A DNA stretch of 64,000 bases. Source: Chthoniobacteraceae bacterium. GTDB taxonomy: Bacteria > Verrucomicrobiota > Verrucomicrobiia > Chthoniobacterales > Chthoniobacteraceae. A program made the translations under genes and the position numbers. Positions 58,260 through 64,000 of this stretch are shown one piece after another. Each line of letters begins with the position of its first letter. Position 1 is the stretch's first letter. The notes below the pieces were generated by a model that made no database searches, was not told where the DNA came from, and worked only from the letters and a program-made list of their open reading frames with translations. The stretch is taken from assembly GCA_031409335.1 (NCBI GenBank), contig JANNWY010000108.1:1-64000 (forward strand), in the 5' to 3' direction.

Positions 58260-59306
58260 TTACGCAGCTCCGTCCGCCGCGGGATCGAAGCGCGCGAGTG
58301 GCGTGACGAGATGACCGGGCAGCGGCCACACGCGCTCCTGGATGCGTGGCGCGAGCTGCCGCGCGGTGGTGTAGCCGACGGCAAACATTTCCATTTTCGC
58401 GTCCATATTATCCACGTAATGCAGCGCCCAGGCCTCGGGCGTTTTCGGGACGACTGGCGAGCCAAATTGCAGCTCGCCGTGATGCGACGCGACGAGGTGC
58501 AGCAGGTGCAGCCGCGCGTCTTCGCTCGCGGGCAGCAGGCCGCTCCACTTGGCGGCATCAGGATTCGCGAGCATCTTCCGCCAGAGCGCGTTGACGAGTT
58601 CGATGCCGATGGTGATGTGGCCGAGCATCTCGCCGCGCTCGTCGAACGGCATCACAAATCCATTCGCGGGCAGCGAGTTTTCCCACAGTTTTCCGGCATC
58701 GTGAAAAAGCACGGCGGTGAGCAGCAGATCGCGATTCAGCGCCGGATACACGCCCGCGATCGCATCCGCCGAGCGCATCATCTGCGCGACGTGCTCGACG
58801 AGTCCGCCGCGGCGCGCGTGGTGATTTTGCCGGGCCGCGGCGGTCCGGCGAAAACGATCGCCGTAATCCGCGAGGTAGATTTCCGCGAGCGCGCGAAAGC
58901 GTGGATCGGCCACGCTCGCGAGCAGCCGGAGGATGTCGTCGAAGTCCGCATTCTGGCGTTCGCGCAGCGCTGCCGGGCCGGCGAGCAGCGCGTCGCGGGC
59001 GTCGTTGGAAAGCGGCGCGCAGGTCCAGCGCTTCGATTCCACGCCGTACGCGGAGCTGTGCGAAAACTCGCCGCTGACCTCGATGAAGTCGCCGGGCGCG
59101 AGCGTTTCACAAAGGGAAAACGCGGGCGAGTCGCTCCACGCGCGCAGCGTCACTTTTGCCTCGGCGTCGGCGAGCGTGAGTTCGAAAAACGGCTTGCCAT
59201 CGCGCGTCTGCTTTTGCGCCAGCGCCTCGATCTGCCCCGGCACGCGCGCATCCACGCGGTCGCTGGCGGCGGCGGCTTTCAGACTGGAAATCGAGTGCGC
59301 GTCCAC
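58260..59306 (-). CDS. YhaM/Cbf1-like OB-fold HD-domain exoribonuclease
   Basis: HHARRGGLVEH, FHDAGK, GHI, SHHG, DNMDA. Confidence 0.88.
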   Translation of the reverse strand: MDAHSISSLKAAAASDRVDARVPGQIEALAQKQTRDGKPFFELTLADAEAKVTLRAWSDSPAFSLCETLAPGDFIEVSGEFSHSSAYGVESKRWTCAPLSNDARDALLAGPAALRERQNADFDDILRLLASVADPRFRALAEIYLADYGDRFRRTAAARQNHHARRGGLVEHVAQMMRSADAIAGVYPALNRDLLLTAVLFHDAGKLWENSLPANGFVMPFDERGEMLGHITIGIELVNALWRKMLANPDAAKWSGLLPASEDARLHLLHLVASHHGELQFGSPVVPKTPEAWALHYVDNMDAKMEMFAVGYTTARQLAPRIQERVWPLPGHLVTPLARFDPAADGAA

Positions 59307-59312
59307 GGTTGC

Positions 59313-59960
59313 CTACTGCGTGCCAAAATACCGATCGCCCGCGTCGCCGAGGCCGGGGACGATGTAGGCGCGCTCGTTGATTTCGGGGTCGATGCTGGCG
59401 GTGAATACGGGCACGTCGGGATGCGCGGAGCGCACCTGCTCGACGCCGACCATGCAACTCACCACGCAGACGAATCGCAGCGATTTCGCGCCGGCTTCCT
59501 TCAATTGCGCGATGGCCGCGGTCGCGCTCCAGCCCGTCGCGAGCATCGGATCGCAGATGATCACGTCGGCGTCGGCGATGTGCGCGGGCGTTTTGAAATA
59601 ATAACTCTCGGGCCGGTGCGTCTCCTCATTCCGAAACAACCCGATGTGCGCGACGCTGACTTCCGGGAGCAGCCGCAACATGCCTTCCACCATGCCGAGC
59701 CCGGCGCGCAGGATCGGCGCGACGATGATCGGGCGCGCGAGCGCCGCGCCGGGGCAATCCGCCAGCGGCGTGCGGACCGTGCGCGGCACGACCGCGAGAT
59801 CGCGCGACACTTCAAAGACGAGCAGGGTCGAGAGTTCCGCGAGGCGAAAGCGGAACTCGCGCGAGGTGGTGTTCACGTCGCGAAGCTGCGTGAGTTTTAC
59901 GCGGACGAGCGGATGATCGACGACGGTGACGCCGGGCGGGATGGAAAGATTCGCGGACAC
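59313..59960 (-). CDS. upp: Uracil phosphoribosyltransferase
   Basis: PILRAGLGM, DPMLATG, YIVPGLGDAGDR. Confidence 0.95.
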   Translation of the reverse strand: MSANLSIPPGVTVVDHPLVRVKLTQLRDVNTTSREFRFRLAELSTLLVFEVSRDLAVVPRTVRTPLADCPGAALARPIIVAPILRAGLGMVEGMLRLLPEVSVAHIGLFRNEETHRPESYYFKTPAHIADADVIICDPMLATGWSATAAIAQLKEAGAKSLRFVCVVSCMVGVEQVRSAHPDVPVFTASIDPEINERAYIVPGLGDAGDRYFGTQ

Positions 59961-59986
59961 GCGGTGGTAGTAACCGGGTGGCCCGG

Positions 59987-60134
59987 AAATTCCAAATCCC
60001 AAGCACCAAATTCCAAATAAATTTCAAAAGCCAGGCTTCAAGTTCCAATGGCCGAATGGGAGTCTTCGCTGGAATTTTCCGCCTTTTCCTTGGTTGGAAT
60101 TTATTTGGAATTTGGAATCTGGAGCTTGGAATTT
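59987..60134. repeat. Heptameric (AAATTCC) inverted-repeat element
   Basis: 59987-60027 versus reverse complement of 60094-60134. Confidence 0.8.
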
Positions 60135-60138
60135 TTTA

Positions 60139-60180
60139 GAAAAAAAGCGCGGCCCGGAGTGAACTCCAGACCGCGCTTTG
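60139..60180 (-). terminator. Rho-independent terminator of RRM gene
   Basis: Minus strand AAAGCGCGGTCTGGAG-TTCA-CTCCGGGCCGCGC followed by T-tract. Confidence 0.8.
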
Positions 60181-60207
60181 AATCTTGCAGGTTTGCGTGT
60201 CAGCCGA

Positions 60208-60651
60208 CTACCGGCGATCTCCACCACGACCGCCGCCACCACCACCACCCCCGCGGCCTCCGCCACCGCCGCCGTAGTCGCGACGTCCTCCGCCACCACC
60301 ACCACCACCACCTCCGCCACCACCTCCGCCGAAGTCGCGGCGTCCGCCGCCACCACCACCGCCGCCGTATCCGCCGCCGCCACCACCACCACCGGCGCGC
60401 TCTTCACGAGGACGCGCTTCGTTGACGGTCAGCGACCGGCCTTCGATGGCCTTGCCGTGGAGCTGGTTGATGGCGTTCTGCGCGTCCTCATCCGTCCCCA
60501 TGGTGACGAATGCAAAGCCGCGCGATTTGCCGGTGAATTTGTCCTGAATCAGCATGACTTCGCTGACCGTGCCACATTGGCCGAACATATCTTGCAGATC
60601 TGTTTCGGTGGAGTTGAAGGGGAGGTTCCCCACGTAGAGTTTGTTACCCAT
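60208..60651 (-). CDS. RRM RNA-binding protein with glycine-rich tail
   Basis: RNP2 LYVGNL, RNP1 [14 protein letters not shown], poly-Gly. Confidence 0.93.
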   Translation of the reverse strand: MGNKLYVGNLPFNSTETDLQDMFGQCGTVSEVMLIQDKFTGKSRGFAFVTMGTDEDAQNAINQLHGKAIEGRSLTVNEARPREERAGGGGGGGGYGGGGGGGGRRDFGGGGGGGGGGGGGGGRRDYGGGGGGRGGGGGGGGRGGDRR

Positions 60652-60886
60652 TTTGCTGTTTGTCTGTTTGTGCGAAGCGCAGATTTCGGTGACGGTTCCC
60701 GGTCATCGGGTTTCAGATCGTCACTGAAAAACTTCAACTGACAAACTTTCCAACTCCGAATCTAGGCTATGCTGTTGCTACTGAGACTAGGTGGATTCGA
60801 CGGAAAGAAAAGTGAAATTTCCGTGACTGACCCGCCCGGGTGCGGACAGGACTTTTTGATTTGGCGTGGTTTGATGGCGGGCGCGT

Positions 60887-61597
60887 TTAGGCGCTCATTT
60901 TGCGGGCGCGGCGACGGGCGAACAGCGCGCTGGCGGCGGCGAGTCCGAGGCTGAGGGCTGAGGGCTCGGGAACGACCTGCACATTGTCCACGAGGAGCGC
61001 CGTCGTCCCGCTGAAATCATTCACGTCCGCAACGCCAAAGGTGAACGTCACGGACTGCGCGGTCGCGAACGACTGGCTAAAGACGCTGCCGGCGGACTCG
61101 AAGGCGAACGGGCTGGACACGGAGTTTGCGAGGCTCGATTCCGCGAGGTTCGTCCTGATTCCGTTGATTGCGACGAAGGCGAAATCGGCACCGGGGTCGT
61201 TGGTGAAGAGTTTCCAGTCGAAAGAGAGCACGTCGCCCGCGGTGACATTGAAGGTCTGCGTCAATCCAGAGCCTTCAAAAGCGTAGATGAAGCTGCCGGG
61301 GTCTGGATCGAGCGAATCCACCGGCAGCCCGGCGAAAACATCGAGGCCATTGCTCGCGACGATCGCATCGAGACCGGATTCATTGAAGGCACCCGCCGCC
61401 GCCGGCGCGTCGTCTTCATTCGTCGCGGATGCGGTCGTCAGAAAGGCGCCTCCGAGAAACGCGCTGACATCGCCGACGGCCGTCCAACCGATCAGGTCCG
61501 TGTCGAAGCTGCCATTTGTGATCTGCGCGCGCGCGGTTCCCGTGGCCGAGACGGCGATGAGGGTGATGGATGCAAGTTTGGTGAGGTTCATAGTCAT
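60887..61597 (-). CDS. PEP-CTERM protein
   Basis: Signal peptide, ITNGSF, C-terminal VPEPS-TM-RRRARK. Confidence 0.85.
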   Translation of the reverse strand: MTMNLTKLASITLIAVSATGTARAQITNGSFDTDLIGWTAVGDVSAFLGGAFLTTASATNEDDAPAAAGAFNESGLDAIVASNGLDVFAGLPVDSLDPDPGSFIYAFEGSGLTQTFNVTAGDVLSFDWKLFTNDPGADFAFVAINGIRTNLAESSLANSVSSPFAFESAGSVFSQSFATAQSVTFTFGVADVNDFSGTTALLVDNVQVVPEPSALSLGLAAASALFARRRARKMSA

Positions 61598-61636
61598 AAG
61601 TAGTTTTGGAGTTTTTGTTTTCGTTCGGCGGTTCGC

Positions 61637-64000
<2,364 letters not shown>

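Noticed and set aside
60178..60741. Thr/Ala-rich mucin-like ORF
   Set aside because: Antisense reading of the glycine-rich RRM tail

Overview
High-GC bacterial chromosome segment, most likely Verrucomicrobiota (Chthoniobacter-like), judged from PEP-CTERM proteins, a Verru_Chthon cassette D-like gene and futalosine-pathway genes. The core backbone is glgX, trpD, pilD, ubiD-family decarboxylase, hisC, mnmE, pyrD, mqnC, tolB-pal and upp. Five accessory patches interrupt it. (1) 1-4.0 kb: toxin-antitoxin and pseudogene cluster with a low-GC secreted protease. (2) 8.7-12 kb: decaying operon, probably for copper/metal acquisition, led by a CxxC/poly-Pro ORF. (3) 16.4-19.5 kb: integrase-free islet bounded by a duplicated ubiD 3' end, carrying a GmrSD-like DUF262-DUF1524 gene and a PaaX/Cas2-like gene bracketed by two 32-bp palindromes; this is the best candidate for an undescribed system. 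(4) A nucleotidyltransferase plus small-ORF cassette. (5) 33.4-53.7 kb: surface-glycan locus containing a tail-fibre-like protein with internal duplications. Several hairpin and heptamer repeats and two candidate structured RNAs occur. No rRNA, tRNA or CRISPR array was recognised. All calls come from reading motifs by eye; no database searches were run.
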